Assembly: GCA_002269645.1 (NCBI GenBank) | Contig: NIVC01000759.1 | Coordinates: 124,001 to 188,000, forward strand | DNA length: 64,000 nucleotides | Reading direction: 5' to 3' | From: Macrostomum lignano | Taxonomy: Eukaryota | Shown here: positions 38,301 to 50,500 of the stretch, in pieces | Numbering within the stretch: the first letter of the stretch is position 1 | Layout: the number at the start of each line of letters is the position of its first letter | Made by a program: the position numbers and the translations under genes | Notes under the pieces: model-generated | Told to the model about the DNA's origin: nothing | The model's input: only the letters and a program-made list of their open reading frames with translations | The model's database searches: none

Positions 38301-41300
38301 GGGGCGCGTCCGGTCTCCAGGTTCGGGGACAATTTTTGGTACACGACCAGGGAGTTTCGGAAGCAGGGCAGGGTGGCGGATCCGAGGTAGGGGTGCTCGA
38401 ACGTCACTGATTGTGATTCGTTGCACAGAATGTCGGTCATGCCTGAAATAGAGTTTTTTAGCTCGTACTGAATGCAGTTCTAGACTGGGTATTTAGCTCG
38501 AATGTATTCATTCTCGTCTGTATAGTGACATACTCTTAATTGGCACAGATGACGCATAGACGTCCAGCTTAATTCCGATTTCAGCGGAAGAATTTCTGCT
38601 AACGCGTAGCTTGTCGGTGTAGGCCACATTTACAATCGGGTAGTTGACAGGCACCAAAACTGAGTGGCTTGGGAGACGAAACGGACCCTGAAGTGAAGCA
38701 TTGTAAAGCCTGTATGGATCTCATTTTGCTATAGACTGGTTAAAGGGAGTGAAAATTTTTTATCATCAATACTTATCATTCATTTATTATGATTCGTACC
38801 TCCAATAGCCTTGAAAGATGAGCAAATTGTACAAAAGTAGCAGTGCAAACCGTGGGACGCAAGGAAAACTTAATTTTTATGCTTCTTAGTGTGTGGGCAG
38901 GGCTCCCAACTTCCTAGAAAAGTTCAATTAAAGTCAAATATATTTAGTAAGCTACTATAGCTAAGACTTGTTAGATTTGCTTTCCGGTTGCTTTTGAGTG
39001 CACCTGCAGACCAGAGCGCCATCCTACAGGCGAGAGCCTGATAGCAAGTACAGCAGAGATGTTGCCGTTTCGCTGATCCTGAGCATGCACGCGGGTACGT
39101 GAGTAAATGCGATCCAGCCATTTCCATAAAGTCGATGGTCGATGGTCGATGTTCGTTACTGGTCTTTTTAGAAGCTGAATGTTTAAAATGGTGTTATTTT
39201 ACTTGGCTTCGCAGTGACCTTAGCCTCTGCTAAGCTCAATGATAATACGAGTATAATGATATTTGATTACACCTGCCTCAATGGGCAGATGTGAAATCGA
39301 CAGCTCAGCCGAAGCTATTGCGTGGGGCATCTGAAGGCTGCGTACGGCTGTTCAGTCCAATGTCTTGGGGTCGCTACACACACCCTCAATTACCCCAGCT
39401 AATGCTGGCACCCATTTTACAGCTGGGTGAACTGAAGCAATGCAGAGTTTAGTGTCTGGCTCAAGGACACAAATTGTACCGAGAGGGTCGAGAATCGAAC
39501 CCCCGACCTTTCCGCCGTGAGTCCGACGCTCTAACCACTAGGCTACAACCGTGCTGATTTTGGGGAAGTATGCCATTCTGCCCAGTAGTGTGATTATCAC
39601 TAAAATTCAGCAACCAATACCGTCTTGGCTCGTACTTATAATTTTCTAGTTTTGTAGGCTCGAATAGTTTGACTGGCAAATAATTACTCTCTTTGAGCAC
39701 AGTCAATAAATGTGGGTTGTCTGACATTTTACAAGATGCAAGTCCAAAATTGGGGAAGACAGACAGCAGGGTACATAGATAACCATTTAAATATACTTTT
39801 CCATTCCTAATTATATATGCTTAGAAATAAGACATAAGGGCATCAATACTACAATATTTAGTTATCGAACTGCCTGAGTTTCCGTATCAGGGGAGTATTT
39901 CGTGAAATATCTCACCGGCTCTCCAAGGCCCAGGTCGTTAGAAGTTCGATCCCATTGTCCCGTGTTGTAGTTATAAAACTCAAATAGTAAGTCTGTCATG
40001 CTGGTATTTTTGTCACTGAGAATCCGTATATTGAGGAGCAGATACTTTGCCGCGAACTGCATCTGCCAGTGCATAAATTTATAGAAGCAAATTTCTAAAC
40101 AAATGCCCTGTAATACTGCTCAGCAAATAAGTCATTATTGTATTTCTGAGACAGCTTACAGTCACGGAAGTTCCTTTCCAATATCCTGAGCCTGAAAGGG
40201 GCAGGCCCGCAGCAGAAATCTTTGATGGCACGAGCTCCGTGGCTGTGAAAGTCCTCAGTGCCTCGTTCGGGTCTATAAATAGAGAAGCGGGAGTTTTCGC
40301 ATTGTGCGCCGTGTTTCCGTACGCATGCGACTGGTGAACAGCATAAACAGCTAATAAGCTGAAATCTGTACATCAAGATGGCAGATAAATTTAATACTTT
40401 CTAACCCAGCTCTATTGATAAAAATGCATAGCATAGCAAATCTTGCTAAATTGATCTATTCTCAGCAACAGTCAAAAGTTCCGCCCTCCAAGCGAGATGA
40501 ATTTTTCTCACGTATTGCGAGTGACGCAACTTACGGCACTCGCGAAGCTTATTGTCACTTGTAGCGCAGCCACACCGAGCAGGCACCGTTAGTCAATTGA
40601 AAGAACAGCTACAGCTGCGCACTCTGCGCTGGCCTCCCCGGTCCCCAGACATGAATCCCATCGAGCATGTCTGCGACTTCCTAAAACGCAGCATTCGAAA
40701 AGAAAATCCACCACAGAATATTGCGGAGCTGCGTCATGCCATTGAAAACGATTGGCAGCAGCAGCTTCCCCAGGACTTTCTGTGACGCCTCATCCTGGGG
40801 ATTTCACCCTCTCTTGGAGGGTGAAACTTTTCACTGTTGCTGAGTATTATCACCGGAGCCTTTCACTAGACGCCTATATTACTCACGTCGGCAGTGTACC
40901 AAGACACCCGTGAAGCTGCCAGCAGTAGCTGTCCTGAACGAGTAAAAAGTCCGTAAGTTCTTCCTCAGCAAGTTGTACGATTGGTCGGCCTGTTGAAATA
41001 CGTAGCTACATCCAGCAACTGCGGAGCCTTCAGAACAGCTGCTGGCCGCATCAAACAGGTTGTTGATAGCGGAGAGCTGGCCTACAGAATCAGTGCTGTG
41101 TGTTGCGTAGGACTTATCCAGCACGGGCGAGAAATACGGCTCGTCACAGGTCCTGTTGCGTCGTCGAGCTACGGACGGAGAGGCGAGCATCTAAGCTTAG
41201 TACCTGATACTTATCTGGCTGATAGAATGCGAAATTACATTTTTATAAGCTTTGGAAGCAGTCAAAAATGTAATACTCTATCACCTGGCGTCACTTCACA

Positions 41301-44300
41301 AATTGTGTGAGCGAGATTGGCTGGATTATCACTGGTCACCCAGCTTAGGTTGCTGAGTGCAGCCGTTGCGAGCACATCCTGAGTGCTTAGCTTCCCTTTA
41401 GGCCAGAGGCTCCAAGTCAGTGTCGAGAAGTCGCTCTCACGAACCCATCCACTTCCTGTGTTCGCAAGTCCGAGGTGAAAAACGAAGTCGTTGTTGAGGG
41501 ACCCGCTGTACTGGAGAGCTGCCATAATGGCAATATCGTTGTCCTCGAAGGAATGCGGCAGGAAAATGCGGCCTCTGTCAGCCCAGCGGATGCCGTGGCA
41601 AAGTTCTTGACTGAGGGTCCGGTGCCTTGGCGGCTCCTTGCTGGCGAAATAGCACATGCCGTTGAAGTATACTGAGGACTGGGGGCATTCTGAGTGAGAA
41701 GTGTGAAGGCGGAATTTTCATTAGTGCAGACTGCACACCCAGGTTCAAATTTAGCCCAGTGATGCAAACGGCCTTTGCCACTTTTAAATTTAGTTCAACA
41801 ATCACGCGTTTTCCTATCCAACTCTGCTGAATGATCTTGGGACCGGTCTGCTCCGGTGTGAGTTGGCTATGATTTTCTGCTAATCCATGGGCGGAGTTCC
41901 TGATGGGACCTGCGGAGTCGCAGCTTTTCACGAGCAAGGGTTCTAGGTTCTTTGCTCACCGCTAGTACGAGTAGAGGTGAATCTAAGTTGTAGGTGGGCC
42001 CACAGCAAATGTCTTTTGAAGTGGCATTAGGCCTTCATAACATTTTCATAAATTTACATTTTTACTAGTACTACAAAGGGTTGCTAATTGTCCGCCGAAA
42101 TGGCAATGACTGACAAGCAACTGGCAAGCTACAAAGTGACTTTCTCAAGTACATTTTTGGCTTTTAACTTAATTTTAGACCAAATTTATTAGAGATCTTG
42201 AGCAACGAAAATCTGAAGCACTTTTTGTAGCTTTTCACTATTCAACATGTAGCTTGTCACTGTTCAAACTTGCAACTTGTCACTATTCAACATGTAGCTT
42301 GTCACTGTTCAAACTTGCAACTTGTCACTATTCAACATGTAGCTTGTCACTGTTCAAACTTGCAACTTGTCACTATTCAACATGTAGCTTGTCACTGTTC
42401 AAACTTGCAACTTGTCACTATTCAACATGTAGCTTGTCACTATTCAAACTTGCAACTTGTCACTATCAACATGTAGCTTGTCACTATTCAAACTTGCAAC
42501 TTGTCACTATTTAACATGTAGCTTGTCACTATTCAACATGTAGCTTGTCACTGTTCAAACTTGCAACTTGTCACTATTCAACATGTAGCTTGTCACTGTT
42601 CAAACTTGCAACTTGTCACTATTCAACATGTAGCTTGTCACTGTTCAAAATTGCAACTTGTCACTATTCAACATGTAGCTTGTCACTGTTCAATATGTAG
42701 TTTGCCAACTTTTCATCTTGTAGTTTGTCACTGTTCAACCTGTAGCTTGTTACAATTGTCAAGTCTATGCACCGCCCCCAGATGGGCATACATATTTTTC
42801 CACTCCTCTCCACAAAAGAAGCGCCTACGCTGCGCGGAACTTCCATGTGGCAATGGCGAAATAGGGAAGTCATTAGACAATAGGTAGGAAAGGCAGCTTT
42901 TTGCAGTTTCTTCTTTCCAACTTTCTCATACCCAGGCATAAAGTTTCTAAGGAATTTAGCTCGTACAAGGATGGAATCTCCCACCAAAAATTTCTGTTGA
43001 CGTCATCGTACGCTGTTGAGCCAGTGGTGTGCAGAAGCTCCCAAACGGAGCGGGTCTACGGACGCATTCTCATGCGAAAAAGTCATGAAAACTCCGGCTT
43101 CGGTAAAGAAATACTTTGAAGCGGGGTGAAACACTTCAATGCTTTTGAATTTTTTACTTGAACGGCCCCCGATGCAAGAAGCTTTGTCTAATCTGAGGCT
43201 GGCTGCAGCTGCATAAAAATGCAGAGGTGTCCCCCCAATAGCTTCTGTAACAATGAAGAGCGAAGAAAATTTTCTCGCTGAATTTAGCCTTAACCAGGAA
43301 GAAATTTTTCTGTACGGGGTCTAAATAATACATTTCTGAAATTTTAAACTGGATTAGTCGACATGCGGTAGCATCAGCTAATTGAAGCATTAATTGAAGC
43401 ACATTTACTTAACAACTCTTGTGTATGTAGCCGGGTTCTACACGCCAAACCGCGTCTTGTCAGTTTATTATCGTTTGGTGGCAGTGTGAACGATCGAACT
43501 AGTGTGATAATCGCGGCGCCGCTCTAAAGGCCATGTAGACCAATCCCTGAATCCCCGATTCGCATGACTACCTTTTCAACTTCGAGTATGTGTCCTAAAA
43601 CAGGATAGCTAGACCTGTCTGTGACTTTCCAGATATTAAAAGCTGACTGCCTTTCCTAAGATTTCTGCGATAATGCCTCGATCCTGCGCGTTCTGAGGCA
43701 CCAGCTGGGGTAAGATGATAAGACCCTGATCGTCTTGAATGATAAATTAAAATTTTCTTATTATTATTGCTCAATGCTGCTGACGTTGAATCTGCGAAGA
43801 TTGGTTGAGGGCCACAGAATACTTTCCCAAATTATGCTCTGTTTACAATTAAGCTGCTCTACACACCAGAGGCTACCCAGAGGTAAAAAATGTGGTAGCA
43901 ATTATTTACATTGCGACATTCTTCACTTACTTAGTAAAGTAGATTTCCCCACTCTTCTCTCCCTCCCGTTGCCGTACTCGACGCATTTCGCTGGCGTTTT
44001 TTTACCGTAACATCTCATTGTTTGGCTCCAACTAATTTTTGCTGCAGACCATCAATTGGGTAAGGAGTTTACTTGAGTATCTTAAAGGAATTATTTGGCG
44101 CTTAAATTGTAATTTATTACATATGTTGTGGGCTGCGCCTCGCAATGGCCTTGCCCCGACCTCTGCGCTCTCCGCCCCTCATCTCCCTGCCACTGGTTTT
44201 TTCTGGCTTGCCCCCTCCGTCTAAAGCTGCTATTCACTTTTTGTTCTCATTTTCATCAGCCCACATTTTCATTGGCTGGCTTATTTTCATCTCTCTCTCT

Positions 44301-47148
44301 CGCGTGGGCTACTCCAATCATGTGTCTCGCCGCGGAGGCACCTGATTGGCTAGCCTTCCCTCTCGCCCTTCAACTCTGTGAGTTTTGCCCCCACCCCCAG
44401 CCCTGCGTGGCTAAGCCCACCCCAGTCCCCTGCTCAGTGCTCACCCAGTATTTATGTGCACGCGCGGCCTTCGCACGGCCCTCGCCCTCCCTGCTCTCTC
44501 TCTACAACTCTAGCTCTACGCGTGTTTGAGTGAAAGTGAAGCTTGAAATTGAAATACAGTCAACTGAGGCTGAGATATTAGAGGCCACGCCTGCCTGCAT
44601 GAGTGCGACAAGTTGACCCCGCCCGGTAAGACAGCATTCGCTTTCGTTAATTTGTCCCGTCTTCATTATTCACCTACCTCGCCACCGTCTTCCTTCGGGT
44701 CTGCGAAGTGTCTGTACGCCTCCAGACCCGTGCTCACCTCTGCTGTGGCTGCTGAGTGGCTACCTGCTCACAGCCTCCTCATCCGCATATCTCTCTCTCC
44801 GTGGGGCTGGCCGAGTGTCTGTACGCTCCCAGCCTCTCCACCTCCACCTCGAAGTATCCGTACGCCTCGGGGGTCGCCACTTTCTCGCCTATCCCACCCG
44901 GCAAGCTCTGGGCAGTCCAGTACCCGAACCCCTGATCACCCCGTCTGCGGTCCGCACGGACGGAAGCAGAAAATACAACACATATGAGAAGACGGGTGCC
45001 CTTAAGTTCTATATAAACTCGTAAAAAGAATTTTTCTAATAAAATAAAGAAAACGCGATTTTGAAATAATTTTAAGCGCATCTACGAGTATGCGTGTCAC
45101 AGTGTGTTTGGGGTGACGTCGGCATTGCGGGTTGGGGGGTTGTTGCTTGGCAACTAGCGTTTAAAACCCCAACTTGTGCTCTGTCAGCGGTGTTGCTCAC
45201 CTACTCAATTTTTTCAAGTTGTATTCTCGTAGTACTCTTTGTGTTTTTCGTAAATGTTAAACCACCTAATGACAACTACGTCATTCGTCGTACAAGGCGT
45301 GCGCCCCTGCTCGTTTCTTTGTGCTCCTTCACGTTCTGCTGTTTCTGTCTTCGTCACTTCGCCTAACTCCAAAGCAATGTTTTTAAAAACATCATTCTAA
45401 TATGCATTTTCGGTGCATCTTTGAAAAGCTATATTTTAGTAAAAGGGGCTGTAGCAGCAGTATGTCTCACCGTCTGCCAGACAGCCGAAAAAAGTGAATT
45501 CCACAGCCTCGCAAGTTTTGATGTCAAATCTGACTCGAGCTTTCCAAGCATTGACCGTGGAATTCAGGCTGAGCATAGCAACTGTTGAATCCATCGGAGC
45601 CGTTACGTTCTGACAATGGTTATCAATATGGCAGCTTGCATCAGTGACATATATTTACATAGCCAGTTCATTTTTGGCAAAAAATGAAATTTTTTTGGAA
45701 CTCCTAAATCGACAGAGCATGTGTCGAGAACTCACGAATAAGTAACCGGCACTTTCACCGTTCTTGCTGAGAAATGTCACTTCAACCACCTGGCTGTCTG
45801 TGCAGTTGATTCCGCCAACTGACACATTGGTCACGTGATAAAGGTCCATAAAGTCGACATCCTGACCGGCTGTTGTCTTCACTGTAAAGGTCGCACCTTC
45901 CACAAGCAGGTTAGGATTGGCGAGCTGATAAACTTCGATTGGTGGACACTCTGCAATGGATAGGTTTGGCATTTGCGTACTTATGCCAGGGTCAGTACAT
46001 ATTTTTACCTCAAGGGCCAGATTTGGAACCTCAGCATGACTGCGGGCCGGAGGGGAGAGAAGAGACGGAATAAACAAGGCAGAAAGGAGAAAGGAGAGAA
46101 AGGAGGAGGCGAGGGAATAAAGAAGAGAGAAGCAAAGAGAAGTAAGGAGAGGAGAGGAGAGGAGATAAGAGAAGAGAGAAGAGAGGAGATTAGAGAGGAG
46201 ATTGAGAGAAGAGTGCTGAGAAGAAATATAATTCTTGAGGAGGCTGAACTGCTACTGTAAGTTTCAACGGACCCGAGGGCCGGATAGAGAGGCTTTGCGG
46301 GCCGCATGTGTCCCGCGGGCCGGAGTTTGCCGACACCTAATTATACCGAGTTTACTCAAAGGAAAATGTTGCTCCTTTCCATTCAGTTTTGTCAAATGTG
46401 CAATAAAATTCATAAAAGACTAAAGAAATTAAAAAGGCATTTGAGTATTTATGATGAGTTTTTGCCTCAGAGGAAACTTTGAGAGGCACTTACCGATCGG
46501 CAGACCGATGAACTCAATCTTCAGCGACTTGTTTCCAACAAAATCAAGTGGCGTGAGCTTCAAGACCCTGGCCCGAATGTTGCCCAGCGACAGGTGGTAG
46601 GTTTGGTCGAGCATGTCGCTGCTATTGATGCCCGGGAGCACGGCGGGCGCACTGCTGCCCAGCGGGTAGCTCCTCAGTGCCGAGTTGAGCGACTCGCCGA
46701 ACTCTAGTTGAAATGTTCTGACGTAGATTTCTGGCGAATCCTGCGCAATCACGTAGCCCGAGATTTCGTTGACGATGTCAAAGATGAACAGCAGGTAGTT
46801 GGATGTTGAGTAACCGTTGCTGTACGGCAGGTTGCTTAGAAGTGACCTGTTCAAGTACCAGTTGAGCTTCACTGCCACAGGCGGGAACTCGGGGTAGGCA
46901 GAATTCATGGCCCTGACTTGGTGGGGACCATAGGACACCAGCGGAGGAGCACCTAAAAATGAGTTACACCAACCAAATATGAAGTGCAGAAAATGGAAAG
47001 GTATAATAAAGTTTGTGTGCCGAAAAATCTTTTTCTTTTAGACTAGAACATTAGAAGGAATTAATTTTCTCTCACTCATATCGGACCCGGCTGCAGAGCT
47101 CTCCTCAAGCAGCAGCAGCCATAGAAGAAATGCCAATCCAGTGGCCAT
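26378..47148 (-). CDS. PKD1L: Polycystin-1-like (PKD1L/REJ-type, 11-TM) gene, copy 1. Resolved exons: 47148-47076, 46952-46494, 45950-45736, 45609-45471, [unresolved], 41689-41285, 41168-40887, ~40337-40160, ~40090-39880, ~38710-38535, 38442-37810, 37701-36625, 36524-36078, 35967-32791, 32701-32451, 32359-32162, 31941-31819, 31076-30070, 29983-29750, 29666-29496, 29411-29011, 28886-28324, 28252-28029, 27929-26549, 26460-26378
   Basis: Signal-like N-terminus, PKD-type repeats (AHSYSTAGNYTVIVNASNPVS), REJ (GGTCRVDPP), PLAT (YKIEVFNG...LGDIRSI...WYVSRLIVTD...EDWL), polycystin motif (WIDNYTRAVLLECSLFYPDTNFF) and TM6 channel block. Junction phases are compatible where checked. One 1-nt frameshift at ~30298. 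Confidence 0.85.
26549..27929 (-). CDS. Copy 1 TOP/polycystin cation-channel exon
   Basis: TRAVLLECSLFY; pore region QLSVMLGKFN; S6 IVLNIFVVLLNESY. Confidence 0.92.
32791..35967 (-). CDS. Copy 1 giant exon (3177 nt): PKD-like Ig repeats and REJ domain
   Basis: Open 1058-codon frame bounded by AG/GT; HTFNAPGVYDIHVLASS and HSYSTAGNYTVIVNASN; FNQTFVLNASAT..DFD..FQWSC. Confidence 0.85.
37810..38442 (-). CDS. Copy 1 exon encoding a divergent fibrinogen-related (FReD) domain
   Basis: VVYQK...DYRTGF...FWTGLDFLELL...LRLEATN...YVE...WWQSQC..NL...RW...VRMRLFAP follows the order of fibrinogen C-terminal motifs. Confidence 0.6.
39240..39554 (-). mobile_element. tRNA-derived SINE in a polycystin intron
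   Basis: A box TAGCCTAGTGGTTAGAGCG and B box GGTTCGATTC, followed by body GTGTCCTTGAG...CACCCAGCTGTAAAATGGGT typical of conserved-central-domain SINEs; ATT-rich tail. Confidence 0.75.
40459..40846 (+). mobile_element. Internally deleted Tc1/mariner element
   Basis: WPPRSPDMNPIEHV transposase motif (ORF 40552-40785); ~45-bp imperfect TIRs CTCAGCAACAGTCAAAAGTT... and ...AACTTTTCACTGTTGCTGAG with TA at the ends. Confidence 0.85.
41285..41689 (-). CDS. Copy 1 exon encoding a C-type-lectin-like domain
   Basis: CPQSSVYFNGMCYF...SQELC...GRIFLPHSFEDND...FHLGL...W...W..G...ICE; phase-1 AG/GT borders. Confidence 0.65.
42241..42700. repeat. 45 bp minisatellite made of two related 22/23 bp subunits (TTCAACATGTAGCTTGTCACTG + TTCAAACTTGCAACTTGTCACTA)
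   Basis: Read directly; ORFs repeat every 15 aa. Confidence 0.93.
44124..44980. mobile_element. Solo LTR, 857 bp
   Basis: Inverted termini TGTTGT...ACAACA; 4-bp TSD CATA at 44120-44123 and 44981-44984; no internal coding region. Confidence 0.75.
45987..46339. mobile_element. Degenerate hAT/Charlie-like MITE with an internal GA-rich tract
   Basis: Ends CAGGGTCAG...AAGGGCCAGAT...GCGGGCCG and GCGGGCCGCATG...CCCGCGGGCCGGAGTTTGCCGACACC resemble MER58/MER45-type termini; no clean TSD. Confidence 0.55.
46494..46952 (-). CDS. Copy 1 exon 2: F5/8 type C (discoidin)-like domain
   Basis: YVRTFQLEFG and IRARVLKLTPLDFVGNKSLKIEFIG resemble the discoidin C-terminal strands (IxARYIRIxPxxW...LRxELYG). Confidence 0.6.
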
Positions 47149-47559
47149 GCAGTTCCTGCTGGCCTTCATATGCCGGTTCTGCAGTTTTTTCGAATAGCTT
47201 AGAGACTGTCTTTCTGTTAAAATTACCTGAGCGACTGGATTTGCTATTCCCACAGTCGACGGATAGAGTCGACATTTGTATCGTCCGGAGCATGACATTG
47301 TTATTCTGGTAACTCAGCAACAGCCAACCGTAGTGAGTAAGGAGAACCGGGGGCGTTCCTTGGACCCCCATTGGACAGACTCTAGCTACTCTGAGTCTAC
47401 CTCATAGCCTGTTCTGTGATCCTCATAACACCATGCATGAAAAACTTAAGGAAATGTTGCATGCGACCTTTTAGTTCCAATGCGTTGCCATGGATTTTAT
47501 TGAGGGGGGGGGGGTAAAATCCAACAATTTTATTACTAAAATTTCTCCAATATTTGAGG

Positions 47560-50500
47560 TGTAAATAGCATCATTTTCGCTCTCGCGTGCGCGTGAACTT
47601 GTGTTTTATGCTCAGTGTACAATCGCTTGTGTACATTGCAAAATCAAAGATAAAATATTTCACTTCGTGTTTTCTCGGACTTGCTCAAACCTGCCTTTTG
47701 CCTAGTTTACATTGGTGGCAGCGGTCTCTAAATCAAGCCCGCTTACCCATGGCGCACGCAAATGCACTTTTGCCACCCAAGTTTTCGTGTGCTGACGACA
47801 CCGACATCAACATTCAGATTCAGAGTGGAACGATGCTAAAAAGGCTTCAAAAATCAAGCTTCTTCTGTGTGGCGAAGCGTTGGTGTTCGTCTGGGACCTG
47901 TCAGAGGACGAGAAGAAAAGCTTCAAGAGTATAAAAACCAAACTCGTCCAGTTCTACAGCAGCAAGGAAAACTCCTACCGCGCCATGTCGGAGTTTGAGA
48001 GCCGAAAAAACGACGTCAGGGAGAATCATTGAGGGAGCTGTGCTTGGCTCTTAAGCTTCTGTATCGGAAGGCACGCCCTGAACACGCTCAAACGGTGAGA
48101 GACTGCGAAGTACGACACCGAATGCTGACACTGCTGCCTAGAGAGATTCGCGAAGCCTTACTGAAAGAGCCCTATTGCGACGAAGTCAGCCCTGAACAGT
48201 TGGCGGACCCCGAGCCACGACTCTGCAGAGAATAGGCAGCAAAGGAGCCTCTGAAAGCGTTGCAGTGACATCGGTTAGTAATCAAGTGTCTGATCGGCTG
48301 GAGCAGATGCAGGAGCAGCTGGCAGACCTGGCCGCGACAGTCGCCACGATCAGCAGCCGGGGAAGTCAACGTGGAAGAGGAAGAGGAGCCGGACGCAAAG
48401 ACAGCCGAGGAAGATGTTTCAACTGCGCTCAGCCCGGCCATTTTGCTGCTCAGTGCCCCAGCATGAAGGCCGCACCAACCACGCCGTCCGTGTGCAGCCG
48501 CTGCTCAGGCAGAGGACACCGAGCCGAGGTCTGCCCGACACCAGCTTCGGGAAAACTTCTGAGGACTGGTGACCGTGGGCCATCACCAGCCCTGCCTAGC
48601 AAGGCCCAAACCGCTTCTATCTTCCTTCCCGGCAGCATTGCTGGCCGGCCCTGCAGGTGGCTGTTCGACACCGGCGCGCAGGTGACGCTTGTATCAGCTG
48701 CTCAACTCTAGGAATCGCTGCTCGGCTGCATCCATCTCTCAGTTCTCCGGTCGGTATCGACGGTCGACGCTTGGAGTCCCCAGGGAAGTGCAACGCTAGC
48801 CATACAGCTGGACGGTCTACCACCAACAGAGCATCAGGTGACGGTGGTCGCCGACATCCAGCCAGAATGCGTACTCGGCTTGGATGCCATCGGCAAGATG
48901 TGCTCAAGTTTCAGCGTGGACCTCCTGACGTCTTCTGTCCAACTGGGGCCAACCAGGATCCCCATTTTCCCTGACAGGAGCCCCACGGCAGCCTGCCGAG
49001 TGGTGCCCACCGCGGTGATCGCCAGAGTTGCCAGCACCGTGACCGTCCCTGCCCGCAGCCGTGTCATAATCCCGGTCAAGGTGCCATCGTCCGTCGAGCA
49101 GGGTCTGTTCGAGCCCAGCTCTGATTTCGTCGACAAGATGGGCCTGCTGCCGAACAGGGCACTCGTGGTGTCCAGCGCTGATGGCAACCTGCCGGTGGGC
49201 GTCTGCAACCTGAGCACCGACCCGGTAGTGCTCTACCAAAACCAGACAATCGGGAACTTCGACTCTGCGGAACCTCATGGATCTGGCGAAGAACCTGATG
49301 AAGAGGTTGGCTTCAAAATCAACCCTGAGCTAAGTACGAGCGTATGTCGCAACGCAAGCTAATCGAAGTCCTCCTCAGCAAGCACGAGAAAGCATTCGCC
49401 AGTAATGAGTTCAATCTGGGAACAACACACCTGCTGCAGCACGTGATCAACCTGGAGCCCGGCAGTCGCCCTATCAAGCACAGGCAGCGGACAGTCCCGC
49501 TGAACTTCCGCCAGCAAGTGGATAACAAGATCAGTGAGATGCTGCGTCACGGAATCATCGAGCCATCGTGTAGTCCATGGGCGAGCAACCTGCTCGTTGT
49601 TAGCAAGAAAAACAACGAGATCCGAATCTGCACCGACTGGAGAAGCCTCAACTCGTGCACCGTGAAGGACGCCTACCCGCTGCCTCCCCTGTCGGTTGCT
49701 CTAGACGCACTTACGGGATGCAGTTGGTTCAGCACACTCGATCTCCGGCAAGGGTTCCTGCAGGTCGAGCTACGTGAACAGGATCGAGAGAAGACCGCAT
49801 TTGACTCAACGCTGGGCCTGATGCAGTACAGGAAGCTTGGATTCGGCCTCTGTAACGCTCCAGCAACCTTTCAGCGGCTGATGGATCTAACAATGGCTAG
49901 TCTGAACTGGACCGAAGTGCTCACGTACATGGACGATCTGATTTTGTTCAGCCCGACGTTTGAAAAACACGCCCAAACCTTGGAGCAGGTCCTCGAAAGA
50001 CTGCAGTCAGCGGTCCTTAAGCTGAAAAAGCGCAAGAGCTGCTTCTGCTTCCAAGAAGTAGAGTACCTGGGCCACAACATCTCTGCCGAGGCTATTCAAT
50101 CAACTCAGGAGAAGATCAGTGCCAACCAGTTCATCCCAACGCCTGATTGTGCCGAAGACGTTCGCCGACTCGTCGGTATGCTGGGCTTCTATCGGCGATT
50201 CGTCCCAAACTTTGCCAGCATCGCTAATCCGCTTCATCAGGTGACTCAGAAGGGACGGCAGTTTCGGTGGACATCAGAGTGCGAAGTGGCGCTACAGAAG
50301 CTGAAGTCAGCGCTCTCGGCGCCTCCACTGCTGAAGCTGCCGGACTTCTCCAAAGGATTCCGTCTGTGCTGTGACAGCAGCGCGGCGTGGCCATCGCGGG
50401 TGTCCTCAGCCAGCTGCACGAAGGCGTTGAATGTCCCGTAGCATACGCGTCGCGAGTCCTGAACAAGTCAGAGCGGAATTACTCGACAACGCACCGAGAG

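Noticed and set aside
39490-39554. Functional tRNA gene
   Set aside because: A and B boxes are present, but no acceptor-stem closure is evident and the sequence runs on into a SINE body.
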